Part shown: positions 36,813 to 46,635 of the stretch, piece by piece
How the letters are laid out: each line of letters starts with the position of its first letter
How positions within the stretch are numbered: the first letter of the stretch is position 1
NCBI GenBank assembly: GCA_017881075.1
Contig: JADGRH010000006.1
Coordinates: 48,154 to 112,153, forward strand
Length of the DNA stretch: 64,000 bases
Source: Minisyncoccota bacterium
GTDB taxonomy: Bacteria; Patescibacteriota; Minisyncoccia; Phycocordibacterales; CAJBRS01
Reading direction: 5' to 3'
Notes under the pieces: generated by a model
What the model saw: the letters and a program-made list of their open reading frames with translations, nothing else
Databases searched by the model: none
Told to the model about the DNA's origin: nothing
Translations under genes and position numbers: made by a program

Positions 36813-39242
36813 CTAGACTATTTTATCCATCTCTCCCCAATTATCCCCTGCCGCGGCGTTAGCTACAATCGGAATTCCTTTGGTTTCTTCCAAACTAAGA
36901 ACTCCTTCCATAATCTCTTTTATCTTCGGTGAAAGCTCGTCCACCAAATTATTTTTAATTTCATAAACTAATTCGTCGTGCACTTGGAGTAGTAAATAAA
37001 CTTTTTCTTGAAAATCGGATTTAGTAAGACGCTCATCAATTCTGCCCATAGCGATTTTAATAATATCCGATTGTGTGCCTTGCATCGGCGCATTGATAGC
37101 CATGCGCTCGGCTTGGGCCCGGATGTATGGCAGTTTGGAATCAATGCCGGCGAAATAGCGCCGACGCCCAAAGAGCGTCTCGGTGTAGCCGAGACGGAGG
37201 GCGTCGGCCTTCACTTTATCCAAATACCAAGCCAAGCCCGAATAGTTCTTAAAATATTCATTATAAAAATTTTGGGCCTCTTCCCGCGTGCCACCAAGAT
37301 TGGCCCGCAAAGCATTCACCCCCATGCCGTATAGGATACCGAAGTTAATGACCTTGGCCTCTCGACGCATCTCGGCATCCACTATTTCCGGCGGCACACC
37401 GAAAACTTGTGCCGCCACGGCCGTGTGAACATCCTGTTTGGATTTGAAAATCTCCATCAATTTTGGATCTTCGGAGAGAATGGCGGCAACCCGAAGTTCA
37501 ATTTGAGAATAATCAAAAGCCACTAATTTAAAACCTTTCTCCGCCACAAAAGCCTTTCGAATATTACGCCCGAGTTCCGATTTTATCGGAATATTCTGTA
37601 AATTCGGATTGTTTGACGACATTCGGCCGGTAGTAGTGCCGGTTTGAGAGAAGGTGGTATGCAAACGGTCATTTTCATCAAGCAAAACCGGAATGGTGTC
37701 AATGTAAGTGGAGAGCAGTTTTGAAAGCTCCCGATGATTGAGAATGAGATCAATAATTGGATGTAAGTCCTTCAATTTCAAAAGTTCCGATTCTTTAGTA
37801 GAAAGAGCACCGCCAGGGGTCTTTTTAACCTTTGCCTTTAACCCCAACTTGTCAAAGATAATCTTTGACATCTGTTTCGGAGAATTAATATTGAATTTCT
37901 CCCCACCTTGTTGCCATATCTCCTGCTCCAGTTTTTCCAGTTCTTGATGATAATTCTTGCTTAGTTCGACAAGATAGGGTTTATCAATCTTAATCCCCCG
38001 TTTTTCCATTTTTTCAATAATCGGACAAAGTGGTAATTCGATCTTTTCATAAACCTTCTCTAGTTTCCGTTTGTGAATTTCGGCCAGGATAATTTCTCGG
38101 GCTTTTTCAAAAGATTTTGTTTTGGCAAAATGTAAAATGTCATCAAGAACAGGGTTGGTAATATTCGAATCCAAAACCCAGAGAGCAACAGCTATTTCGC
38201 GCAACTCGCCTTTATCAATTTTTTCGTCAAGTATTTCATTGAAGCTTAACTGAGATACGGTATTCTCCTCGGTCGACTTCGCCGCAACAGCAGTTTTGAC
38301 TCCGTCTCCTTTCGGCGATATGCCCATCACTTCTTTCGTCCTGGCCAGCAAAGTTTTGAATTCCAATTCTCTAAAAAGGGTCTCTATTTTTTCAATATTG
38401 AAAGATTCTTTCCAGGATTGTTCGGTCAATTTGAAGTCAATTGGCACATCTCGCTTTATGGTGGCCAGCATCTTACTAAAGAGGGCTTCCTCCTTGCCCT
38501 CCTCGAGAAGTTTAATAATGCGGTCGGTCATTCCGGTCTTTTTGAATTTCTCCGGCCCTTTTTCCAATTCTTTGTAAATGTTTTCAATAGTGCCAAATTG
38601 TTGGATCAAAATAGTGGCGGTCTTTTCACCAATGCCAGCAATACCGATAATGTTGTCAGAGGGATCTCCCCGAAGGCCTTTGTAATCGGCGAGAAGTATG
38701 GGCGGAAAACCAAATCGTTCAACTACTTTTTTCTGGTCATATAAAATGGTGTCATTGATTCCTTTTCGTAAAGTATAAACTTGGACTTTTTTGTCATCTA
38801 CTAACTGAAGAGTATCCATATCGCCCGAAGCGATAACAGTAGAGATGCTTTTTTCTTTTATCATTTCCTCGGCAATAGTGCCAATAATGTCATCGGCTTC
38901 AAAACCAACTTTATCGTAAATGGGAATATTAAATGCCGTGAAAACATCTCGTGAGCGCTCTATTTGAGAGACCAGTTCCGGATCTGTCTTCTTACGTCCC
39001 GCTTTGTAAGCTTCGTAAGCTTGGTGACGATAAGTCGGTTCGGGCAGATCGTAACAAGCCACCAAATAATCGGGCTTCAGATCTTGGATAATTTTGATCA
39101 GCATGGCAGAAAGTCCGTAGAGTCCGCCTGTGGCTTCTCCCTTGCTTGAAGAAAAATCGGGTAGAGCGTGGTAGGCCCGATGCAGAATGGCGTGCGCATC
39201 AAGGAGAATGAGTTTTTTGTTTTCTGTTTTATTTTCTACCAT
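36813..39242 (-). CDS. polA: DNA polymerase I (5'-3' exonuclease plus polymerase domains)
   Basis: N-terminal FEN-like 5' nuclease (LLDAHAILHRAYHA), then the polymerase A motif DYSQIELRVAA and motif C VHDELV; 809 aa. Confidence 0.95.
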   Translation of the reverse strand: MVENKTENKKLILLDAHAILHRAYHALPDFSSSKGEATGGLYGLSAMLIKIIQDLKPDYLVACYDLPEPTYRHQAYEAYKAGRKKTDPELVSQIERSRDVFTAFNIPIYDKVGFEADDIIGTIAEEMIKEKSISTVIASGDMDTLQLVDDKKVQVYTLRKGINDTILYDQKKVVERFGFPPILLADYKGLRGDPSDNIIGIAGIGEKTATILIQQFGTIENIYKELEKGPEKFKKTGMTDRIIKLLEEGKEEALFSKMLATIKRDVPIDFKLTEQSWKESFNIEKIETLFRELEFKTLLARTKEVMGISPKGDGVKTAVAAKSTEENTVSQLSFNEILDEKIDKGELREIAVALWVLDSNITNPVLDDILHFAKTKSFEKAREIILAEIHKRKLEKVYEKIELPLCPIIEKMEKRGIKIDKPYLVELSKNYHQELEKLEQEIWQQGGEKFNINSPKQMSKIIFDKLGLKAKVKKTPGGALSTKESELLKLKDLHPIIDLILNHRELSKLLSTYIDTIPVLLDENDRLHTTFSQTGTTTGRMSSNNPNLQNIPIKSELGRNIRKAFVAEKGFKLVAFDYSQIELRVAAILSEDPKLMEIFKSKQDVHTAVAAQVFGVPPEIVDAEMRREAKVINFGILYGMGVNALRANLGGTREEAQNFYNEYFKNYSGLAWYLDKVKADALRLGYTETLFGRRRYFAGIDSKLPYIRAQAERMAINAPMQGTQSDIIKIAMGRIDERLTKSDFQEKVYLLLQVHDELVYEIKNNLVDELSPKIKEIMEGVLSLEETKGIPIVANAAAGDNWGEMDKIV

Positions 39243-39269
39243 TTAATAAATATAGTATACGCTCGCATA

Positions 39270-39328
39270 CGAACTTTAAAACAGACCGCTCCGGGGCGCT
39301 TGCCCAAGTCTTAGTCTATTTTAAAGTT
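39270..39328. repeat. palindromic repeat element copy 2 (opposite orientation), at the tsaE 3' end / polA upstream intergenic region
   Basis: Reverse complement reads acaactttaaaatagac-TAAGACTTGGGCAAGCGCCCCGGAGCG-gtctgttttaaagtt. Core differs at two positions from copies 1 and 3. The last four tsaE codons (HTTLK) and the TAG stop lie in the right arm. Confidence 0.6.
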
Positions 39329-39864
39329 GTATGTTTCGCGCTACTATATTCTATTTCACGTGTGTTTTCGTCAATAAATTTAAAATAAACTTTATGAAAG
39401 TTTTCCGGCATAGCGCTCGCTACATTTTCCGGCCACTCTATTAAAACAAGATTATTCGGATCTGCAAGCACTTCGGCAAAGTTCAACTTCATTAATTCTT
39501 CACCGTTTTTTAGACGGTAAGCGTCTATGTGAATGAGTCTTTCAAAAGACGAGGTGGGGCGATCGGAACCAGCCATTTTAGAGACTAAGACTTGGGCAAA
39601 CGCCCCGGAGTGGTCTCTAAAATGGCTGGTTCCGGGAGCTTCCACCTCATATCTTTTCATAATCACAAACGTGGGGCTGGTGATAATCTCTTTGATTCCC
39701 ACAAGCCTCCCTATCGCCTGAACAAAGGTAGTTTTTCCGGCACCCAAGTCGCCAAAGAGTCCCGCGACTTGGGCGCCTTTTCCTACTTTATTTTCACTCA
39801 AAAAATCTAAAAAATCCTTGGCGGCCTCTTCTGTCTCGGCCAAACTTTTACTTACCCTCTTCAT
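39316..39864 (-). CDS. tsaE: tRNA threonylcarbamoyladenosine biosynthesis ATPase TsaE (YjeE), with about 31-aa in-frame insertion
   Basis: GDLGAGKTTF Walker A, SPTF and HIDAYRL motifs. The segment GTSHFRDHSGAFAQVLVSKMAGSDRPTSSFE between them is encoded by palindromic element copy 3. Confidence 0.8.
   Translation of the reverse strand: MKRVSKSLAETEEAAKDFLDFLSENKVGKGAQVAGLFGDLGAGKTTFVQAIGRLVGIKEIITSPTFVIMKRYEVEAPGTSHFRDHSGAFAQVLVSKMAGSDRPTSSFERLIHIDAYRLKNGEELMKLNFAEVLADPNNLVLIEWPENVASAMPENFHKVYFKFIDENTREIEYSSAKHTTLK
39563..39634. repeat. palindromic repeat element copy 3, inserted in-frame inside tsaE
   Basis: 22-bp perfect arms cggaaccagccattttagagac / gtctctaaaatggctggttccg flank core TAAGACTTGGGCAAACGCCCCGGAGTG, identical to copy 1. 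No stop codon in the tsaE frame. Confidence 0.65.
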
Positions 39865-39942
39865 AAATGAATCTTAACATAAAAGAAAACGGCGGGTTCA
39901 GAATTGAACCCGCCGGCGAACTTTGCGCTTACGCGCGATGCT

Positions 39943-40806
39943 CTATCGTCGTACTCCGTTAACCGTCACGGTGGTGTAGTTCCCATTGGAGTTATAATTA
40001 CCGGTCGTGTTCGTGAGCACAATCCCAGGACCTGCCATCTGCCGCTGTGGCTGTGGCTGTGGCCGCGGTTGCTGTTGCGGTTGCATCCGAGGAAACTGCT
40101 GCCGAATCGGCTGGGAATGATACTGAGAAATTAACCTCGGTAACATCGCCAGAAACGGTTGGAACGGCTGAGGCGACGGCCGGTATTGAGGCCGCGGTAC
40201 TTGCTGACGCTGCACCTCACATTCTCGACAAGGCGGTGGAGGAGCAGACACGTGCCGTCTTTCCTGCTTCGGACATGGTACCTGAGTAAGATTTACCCGG
40301 TTCTTATAATCATGGCCGTCGAGAATGCAGTGGTCAATGTAGAGGGGAATCCACATCCCCTTAATCTTGAGACACCAGAACCACGCATCTTTGGCCTGGT
40401 CCAGTTCCACCCCGCCATTGTTCATGTCGTTGAGGAAGAGGTAGCCAGGAATCTCGCTTCCAGGAACGTGAGTCAAGCCTTTCAAACTTTCCGGGCCTGC
40501 ATATCGTGGCTGACGAAAAATCTCCGGGCCGACACCGCTCTCGCTCACCGTTTTGATAGTGTCGTAGCGTTTTTCCGTATGACCTGTCCGATCGTGAGGC
40601 CGATATCGGTTTCCATCGTAGGAAGTGCGCTGAGGTCGCGAGTCGGTGCGATCGTAGTGATCGCTTGATTCGGATGGTCCGTAACTTGGAAGCGACGGCG
40701 CCATTGGAAGTGTTGGGTCGTACTCGCCACCATTTTGGGCGCGCACGTTGATAGTTAAACTGACGCTGACAATTGCTGTCAGCAAGATTGCAATGAACGT
40801 TTTCAT
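39943..40806 (-). CDS. secreted Pro/Gln/Arg-rich repetitive protein
   Basis: Signal peptide. C-terminal QPRPQPQPQRQ-type low-complexity repeats from the ggctgtggctgtgg DNA repeat at about 40020-40110. Confidence 0.5.
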   Translation of the reverse strand: MKTFIAILLTAIVSVSLTINVRAQNGGEYDPTLPMAPSLPSYGPSESSDHYDRTDSRPQRTSYDGNRYRPHDRTGHTEKRYDTIKTVSESGVGPEIFRQPRYAGPESLKGLTHVPGSEIPGYLFLNDMNNGGVELDQAKDAWFWCLKIKGMWIPLYIDHCILDGHDYKNRVNLTQVPCPKQERRHVSAPPPPCRECEVQRQQVPRPQYRPSPQPFQPFLAMLPRLISQYHSQPIRQQFPRMQPQQQPRPQPQPQRQMAGPGIVLTNTTGNYNSNGNYTTVTVNGVRR

Positions 40807-40920
40807 ACTGTCCTTTCGTTGAGGTTTATCTGAAATTTACTATGGTGTATTATATCACTTTCAGCCAAAAAGTCAAGCATAAGGCTCTCTTTAGCTAAAT
40901 ATGCGATATAATAAGGGCTC

Positions 40921-42603
40921 ATGGTCAAATTTAACGAAGACAAACAAAAACGTCGTATAGCCGATCTCTATAAAAGTGAGGAGGAAGAGTTGGCTCAGGT
41001 TCTTTCTAAAAAGTACGACTTGGAATATGTAGACCTCACCAGTATTACCATCAATACCGATGCTCTGCGTATAGTGAAGGAAGAAGAGGCTCGAAAGAGC
41101 CATCTGGCTGTCTTTGACATTGTTAATAAAAAAATCAACGTGGCCATTCAGACCCCCAATAATCCAGACACTGTGACGACACTGGCAGACTTAAAACAAA
41201 AAGGCTACGAGTCAAGAGTTTTTATGACTTCAACTGAGAGTTTAAATAAGGCTTGGGATCGTTATAAGGATCTTTCTTTTGCTTTTGAAACTGCCGCTGG
41301 TTCGTTGGACATTTCTAATGAAGAAATCGAAACTTTTTTGGGTCAGGTACATAAATTACCGGACATTCAAAAACTGATCGTGGAAACTTTGGCCATGAAA
41401 AAGAGTTATCGCGTCTCTCGAGTGTTGGTGATTATTTTAGCCGGCGCTCTTTCTACAAAAGCTTCCGATATTCATATTGAACCGGAAGAGGACCACACCC
41501 GATTGCGTTATAGGCTGGACGGGGTGTTGCTGGATGTCCTTAATTTTGATAATGAAACTTATAATCTTCTGCTTTCTCGAATCAAACTCCTCTCTAATTT
41601 GAAATTAAATATTAAACAGAACGCCCAAGATGGACGCTTTAGTATTAAAGTTCGTGATGATGAGATTGAGGTTCGAACTTCTATTTTGCCCGGCAATTAC
41701 GGTGAGTCTATCGTGTTACGACTTTTGAATCCTAAATCCATCACCGTCCCATTAGAAGAATTGGGGGTGGAGCCGCGCCTCTTTAAAATTCTGGAAGCGG
41801 AAATCAGAAAACCAAACGGCATGATCTTAACTACAGGACCAACCGGTTCCGGCAAGACTACTACTCTCTATTCTTTTATGCGCCGTATCTATAGCCCAGA
41901 AATTAAAATCATTACCATTGAAGATCCAATTGAATACCATTTGTCCGGCATTGTTCAAACCCAAGTTGAGGCTAAAAAGGGTTATACCTTCGTGGCCGGA
42001 TTACGCAGCGCTCTTCGACAAGACCCTGATGTGATAATGGTGGGAGAAATCCGAGATGAAGAGACAGCGGAGATTGCTATTAATTCCAGTCTTACCGGAC
42101 ATTTAGTTTTTTCCACCCTTCACACCAACGACGCCGCCGGTACCTATCCGCGTTTGATAGACCTAGGAATTAACCCGCAAGTTCTTTCGTCGGCAATCAA
42201 TGTCTCTATTGCCCAACGTTTGGTGCGAGTGCTTTGTCCGGCCTGTAAAAAAGAGATTCCGGTGCCGGAAGAGAGAAAAGTGATTTTAGATAAAGTAATA
42301 GGTTCTATCTTTTTGGAAGAAAATAAAGTGGAAGTGAAAACAATTTTTGAGCCGGTGGGTTGCGAGAAATGTAATCATCAGGGGTTTAAAGGCCGTATCG
42401 GTATCTATGAAGCGATCGTTACCGACGCAGCACTCGAAGAAGTAATTAAAATGAATCCGAGCGAGCGAGAGATCCGAAAAGCCACCCGACCGCAAGGAAT
42501 CCTCACTATGGAACAAGACGGCGTACTGAAAGTACTTCGTGGTGTCACCTCCATCTCTGAACTCGAACGTGTCGTCAATTTGGAACAGTATTTGAATCTA
42601 TAA
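40921..42603 (+). CDS. pilB: type IV pilus assembly ATPase PilB / GspE-family secretion ATPase
   Basis: Walker A TTGPTGSGKTTTLYS, Asp box, His box, tetracysteine motif CPACK...CEKCN; 560 aa. Confidence 0.9.
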   Translation: MVKFNEDKQKRRIADLYKSEEEELAQVLSKKYDLEYVDLTSITINTDALRIVKEEEARKSHLAVFDIVNKKINVAIQTPNNPDTVTTLADLKQKGYESRVFMTSTESLNKAWDRYKDLSFAFETAAGSLDISNEEIETFLGQVHKLPDIQKLIVETLAMKKSYRVSRVLVIILAGALSTKASDIHIEPEEDHTRLRYRLDGVLLDVLNFDNETYNLLLSRIKLLSNLKLNIKQNAQDGRFSIKVRDDEIEVRTSILPGNYGESIVLRLLNPKSITVPLEELGVEPRLFKILEAEIRKPNGMILTTGPTGSGKTTTLYSFMRRIYSPEIKIITIEDPIEYHLSGIVQTQVEAKKGYTFVAGLRSALRQDPDVIMVGEIRDEETAEIAINSSLTGHLVFSTLHTNDAAGTYPRLIDLGINPQVLSSAINVSIAQRLVRVLCPACKKEIPVPEERKVILDKVIGSIFLEENKVEVKTIFEPVGCEKCNHQGFKGRIGIYEAIVTDAALEEVIKMNPSEREIRKATRPQGILTMEQDGVLKVLRGVTSISELERVVNLEQYLNL

Positions 42604-42740
42604 CCTGGAGTAGCCGCGCCACTACACAAAAACCATGCAATACCCAATGGTCCAGGCTGTTCCCGGAGAGCTCGTGAACGACACTTCTGGAGTCTGCGGA
42701 AGAATGTCGGGCAGGAGCGATACGGGCCACACCAGACTAT

Positions 42741-42768
42741 TTGAAAAATATTGAAGTCAGACTTCAAT
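42741..42768. repeat. 13-bp perfect inverted repeat AAATATTGAAGTC-A-GACTTCAATATTT
   Basis: About 140 nt downstream of pilB, in a 575-bp stretch with poor coding potential. Confidence 0.4.
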
Positions 42769-43090
42769 ATTTTCCACCACAAAAATGGGGATATGTTAAG
42801 TTGCGCGATTAAAGAGAGAGGTTTAGCATGCAAAATAGATACAAAAAAGACCTCGACAGCATAAATCTCTCAGCAATGCTTTCAATGTTTATGATTAAAA
42901 GATAAGCGCCTCTTGTAAGGATAACGCCAGCTAGCTTCCCGAAGGTAGCACCAGAGTGTCCTATGAGAAGCACCAGTAAGCCCGTTAAGGGCCTAATTGC
43001 TGAGAGATTTATATTGTCGAAGTTTCTTTCCCACATACTAGCATATATAAACCTTTTTGTCAAATCGTTGAGAATTGCCACTTTTAGCAT

Positions 43091-43113
43091 AAATAAAGAA
43101 GCCCCGCGCAAGT
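43091..43113 (-). terminator. GC hairpin GCCCCG-cgcaagtgcga-CGGGGC followed on the minus strand by a T-rich tract
   Basis: Immediately downstream (minus strand) of the GC-rich gene at 43179-43796. Confidence 0.4.
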
Positions 43114-43178
43114 GCGACGGGGCTGGAAGTTGAACGCTATTCTCCCGAGCGTGTATATATTTTGCCGAGGACTAAGTC

Positions 43179-43796
43179 CTAAGCGTTGACTTGCGAGACG
43201 ACAAACGCGAACCCGTGCTCACGAAACCACCCGCTGCCGGGGTGGCCGCCGTACGCGTGCAGCCAGCGACCATCGACGCCGCGGCTCGCGCCGAGGAGGC
43301 CCGGAGAGCCGTCGGAATCCTCGATCGGCTCATGCATGGCGACAATCCAGATGAGGCCCATGGCTTCAATCTCATCGTCCGAGAAGTTGTCGCGGATGAG
43401 GCAACCCACTTCGGCGTTCGGCTTGCCCAGGTTGCGGCGGTCAGCTTCGGCCCGGATCTTCTTGGTAACGCGGTCGCTATCCGAGAAGAGCATGCCCTTC
43501 AGGATGGCGATCCGGTAGGTAACGCCTTTCGTCGGCTTGAAGTCGTCCGAGAGAAGAAAGCTCTTGGCGTATTTGGTCAGGCGAATGCCCTTCTTCTCAA
43601 AGTGAGCGACCCATTCCGCACCGGTTTTGCCGTCGGAAGTGACCGTGATGTAGATGACGCCGTCCTTTTCTTCGAAGCGGCGATCCGGTTCGGCGATTGT
43701 AATTTCGCCGCGGAGAAGTCGGTCCACACCATCTTCACCGCCAAGTATGTTCCAGACCGCTTCAATGCGGCCCAGTGTATTTGGGTACTTACTCAT
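43179..43796 (-). CDS. hypothetical protein encoded by a ~60% GC segment (compositionally foreign)
   Basis: 205 aa with balanced amino-acid composition. The overlapping plus-strand 219-aa ORF is Ala/Arg-rich and looks like an antisense artefact. GC content about 20 points above surrounding DNA. Confidence 0.55.
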   Translation of the reverse strand: MSKYPNTLGRIEAVWNILGGEDGVDRLLRGEITIAEPDRRFEEKDGVIYITVTSDGKTGAEWVAHFEKKGIRLTKYAKSFLLSDDFKPTKGVTYRIAILKGMLFSDSDRVTKKIRAEADRRNLGKPNAEVGCLIRDNFSDDEIEAMGLIWIVAMHEPIEDSDGSPGLLGASRGVDGRWLHAYGGHPGSGWFREHGFAFVVSQVNA

Positions 43797-44020
43797 GATT
43801 TTTTGTCTATCCTTTCAACTTTTAGTTGGAGTTTTATGCCTTTCTACTAGAAAGGACATACTAGACCGTGCGGTCGTAGCCAGGAAGCGCCCAATAGCTT
43901 CAGCACCTTCTGGCTACGACCGATTTCGCGAGTCATTTCAAGGAACCCAATTTGGCTGTATTATACCATATCTAATTTAAAAATGCAAGCTCGTTATTTT
44001 ATGATATTATTTTTGTAACT

Positions 44021-45052
44021 ATGAATGCTGAGGATAAAAAGGTAGATGAAACGGAGAAAGTTTATGTGGAGGATCAGGTCCTCGACCAGACCTTGCGGCC
44101 GACCCGGTGGGATGATTATGTCGGACAAGATCCGATAAAACAAAATCTTAATATTCTTCTTTCTGCCGCCAAGGAGAGGAAACACCCACCGGAACATGTT
44201 CTTTTTTACGGACCACCAGGACTTGGTAAAACAACATTGGCACACTTAATTGCTAAAGAGATCAGCGCACCTATTAAAATCACTTCCGGTCCTGCTATTG
44301 AACGAGTTGGCGATCTTGCTTCCATTCTGACCAATCTTTCAGCTGGTGATATTTTATTTATTGATGAGATCCATCGCTTGAACAAAACAATTGAGGAAGT
44401 ACTATACCCCGCCATGGAATCAGGGGTGTTAGATATTATTATTGGCAAGGGGCCATCGGCGCGTACCATTCAACTTGATCTCCCCAGCTTCACTCTGATT
44501 GCCGCCACTACTCGTATTGCTCTTCTCTCTTCTCCACTTCGATCACGTTTTTCCGGTGGAGTTTTTCGTTTGGAGTTCTATAGTCAGAAAGAAATTGAAG
44601 AAATCGTTCGTCGTTCAGCCAAGATCTTAAAAATTGAGATTGAGGAAGAAGCGATTAAAGAAATTGCCAAACGGAGCCGTTTTACTCCGCGGACCGCCAA
44701 CTATCTACTGAAACGATGTCGTGATTATGCACAAATTAAGAGGGTCCCACTTTCTAAAGAAATGGTAGTGGAGGCATTGAAACTCCTTGGTATTGATGAA
44801 GTGGGGCTCTCGCTTTCGGACAAAAATCTTTTGGAGACAATAATTAATAAATTCAATGGTGGGCCGGTTGGCCTAAACACTTTGTCTGCCTCAATGTCGG
44901 AAGAAGAAACCACTATTGAAGAGTTCAACGAACCTTATCTGATTCAGATAGGTTTTTTGGAGAGGACACCGCGCGGCCGTACCGCCACAGCGCGCGGATA
45001 TGGGCATTTGAAAATAAAAATGCCAGAACATTTACAAAATAAATTACTTTAA
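44021..45052 (+). CDS. ruvB: Holliday junction branch-migration ATPase RuvB
   Basis: AAA+ Walker A GPPGLGKTTLAHLIAKE, Walker B ILFIDEIHRL, sensor and winged-helix C-terminus. Confidence 0.95.
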   Translation: MNAEDKKVDETEKVYVEDQVLDQTLRPTRWDDYVGQDPIKQNLNILLSAAKERKHPPEHVLFYGPPGLGKTTLAHLIAKEISAPIKITSGPAIERVGDLASILTNLSAGDILFIDEIHRLNKTIEEVLYPAMESGVLDIIIGKGPSARTIQLDLPSFTLIAATTRIALLSSPLRSRFSGGVFRLEFYSQKEIEEIVRRSAKILKIEIEEEAIKEIAKRSRFTPRTANYLLKRCRDYAQIKRVPLSKEMVVEALKLLGIDEVGLSLSDKNLLETIINKFNGGPVGLNTLSASMSEEETTIEEFNEPYLIQIGFLERTPRGRTATARGYGHLKIKMPEHLQNKLL

Positions 45053-45053
45053 A

Positions 45054-45374
45054 ATGAAATTGCAACCAGGATTCTACTATCACTACAAACATGATCCAAA
45101 GAAAGGGATATTTGATTACGCTTACGAGATATTGAACATCGCCCATCATACTGAAATAGCCGATTGGGATTTGAGTGAAATGGTAATTTATCGTCCACTT
45201 TATGAGGGAGCTCGAGTTTATCAATCCGGCAAACATTGGGATGCCCGGCCACTGGGAATGTTTATGGAAAATGTGGGGGGGTCAGAGAATCCCATTCCTC
45301 GATTCGAGCAGATTACTGACAAAAAAATAATTGTCGAGCTGGAAAAACAACGCGACAAAATGTATCCGAATTAA
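45054..45374 (+). CDS. DUF1653-domain protein
   Basis: FYYHYKHDPKKGI.DYAYEILNIAHHTE...MVIYRPLYE pattern typical of DUF1653; 106 aa. Confidence 0.55.
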   Translation: MKLQPGFYYHYKHDPKKGIFDYAYEILNIAHHTEIADWDLSEMVIYRPLYEGARVYQSGKHWDARPLGMFMENVGGSENPIPRFEQITDKKIIVELEKQRDKMYPN

Positions 45375-45413
45375 CCCTATAAGCTAACACCTAAAAGCTA
45401 TAAGCTATTCAAA

Positions 45414-45944
45414 ATGTCCGGACATAATAAATTTTCTAAAATTAAACACCAAAAAGCGGCGACCGATGCCAAGAAAAGTCAAGTGTTTTCTAAATATTCA
45501 CGATTGATTACCTCGGAGTCAAAGAAAGTGAAGGGTGATGTCAATTCTCCTAGTTTGGTATTTATAATTGAAAAAGCTCGCAAAGAAAATATGCCAAAGG
45601 ATGTGATAGAGCGCGCCGTTAAAAAAGGAACGGAAAGCGGCGCAGGCTCAATGGAAGCAATTATGTATGAGGGGTATGGGCCCGGCGGAGTAGGAATAAT
45701 TATTGAAGTTTTAACTGATAATCGCAACAAATCAGCCCAAGAAATAAAGTTTATTCTTTCTAGAAACGAGGCCTCACTTGCAGCTATGGGTGCCGCTAGC
45801 TGGGCCTTCACTAAACAGGAACGTGGGTGGATTCCAAATACTACTATTTCTCTCGAAGATTCCGACATTGAAAAATTAGGAAAGCTCGTGGACGAACTTG
45901 AGAGCAATGATGACGTGCAGGCAGTGTTTACAAACGCAGAATAA
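45414..45944 (+). CDS. yebC: YebC/PmpR-family probable transcriptional regulator (short form)
   Basis: SGHNKFSKIKHQKAATDAKK...YEGYGPGGVGIIIEVLTDNRNK matches YebC/TACO1. Sits directly upstream of ruvC, as is common. Confidence 0.75.
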   Translation: MSGHNKFSKIKHQKAATDAKKSQVFSKYSRLITSESKKVKGDVNSPSLVFIIEKARKENMPKDVIERAVKKGTESGAGSMEAIMYEGYGPGGVGIIIEVLTDNRNKSAQEIKFILSRNEASLAAMGAASWAFTKQERGWIPNTTISLEDSDIEKLGKLVDELESNDDVQAVFTNAE

Positions 45945-45951
45945 ATAAAAG

Positions 45952-46434
45952 ATGAAAATCTTATCAATTGATCCAGGATATGAGAGATTGGGAGTGGCGA
46001 TAGTTAAAAAGAATCCAGGAGAGAAAGAGAAACTGGTTTATTCGAATTGTTTTAAGACCTCGGCCAAGCTCTCCTTTCACGACCGACTTGTTCTTATTGG
46101 AAAAGAAGTGAAAAGATTAATAAAAGAATTCGAGCCGACTGCCTTGGCAATAGAGACTTTATATTTCAATACCAATCAAAAGACAGCCATAAATGTGGCA
46201 GAGGTGTGTGGAGTTATAAAATACGAAGCTTTGTCAGCCAAATTAAAACTTTACGAATACACTCCCCTTCAAGTAAAGATCGCTGTCACCGGCTACGGTC
46301 GTGGCGATAAAAAACAAGTTATCTCCATGATCAATCGGCTCATAACCATCGATAAAAAAATCACTCATGACGACGAATTCGACGCCATCGCCATCGGCCT
46401 CACCTATTTTGCCTCTGTTTCGAGCCTGAAATGA
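45952..46434 (+). CDS. ruvC: crossover junction endodeoxyribonuclease RuvC
   Basis: ILSIDPGYERLGVAIV N-terminal catalytic Asp motif, RNase H-like fold; 160 aa. Confidence 0.9.
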   Translation: MKILSIDPGYERLGVAIVKKNPGEKEKLVYSNCFKTSAKLSFHDRLVLIGKEVKRLIKEFEPTALAIETLYFNTNQKTAINVAEVCGVIKYEALSAKLKLYEYTPLQVKIAVTGYGRGDKKQVISMINRLITIDKKITHDDEFDAIAIGLTYFASVSSLK

Positions 46435-46635
46435 GTGGTGCAGAACCAAAAAGCCTGTTTCGCCGCCGAGGATAGCGAAAGTACTGCTAGGATTGCCTTT
46501 TCAAGAGCGTCGCACCGCAGGCAAGAAACAGGCTTTTTGGTGAAGCAAAACTTATCCACAGGTTATTCCTACAGCTCTTCACAAGTTATCCTTTATTTGA
46601 TACAACTAGGGCATTAATAGTTAGCTCATTGCTAA

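Noticed and set aside
42405-42833. 142-aa minus-strand ORF at the pilB 3' end
   Set aside because: Antisense to pilB for half its length. No domain signal.
43191-43850. 219-aa plus-strand ORF overlapping the GC-rich gene (also 43186-43518, 43654-43980, 43172-43375)
   Set aside because: Ala/Arg/Val-rich, typical antisense read-through of a high-GC gene. The minus-strand ORF has the protein-like composition.
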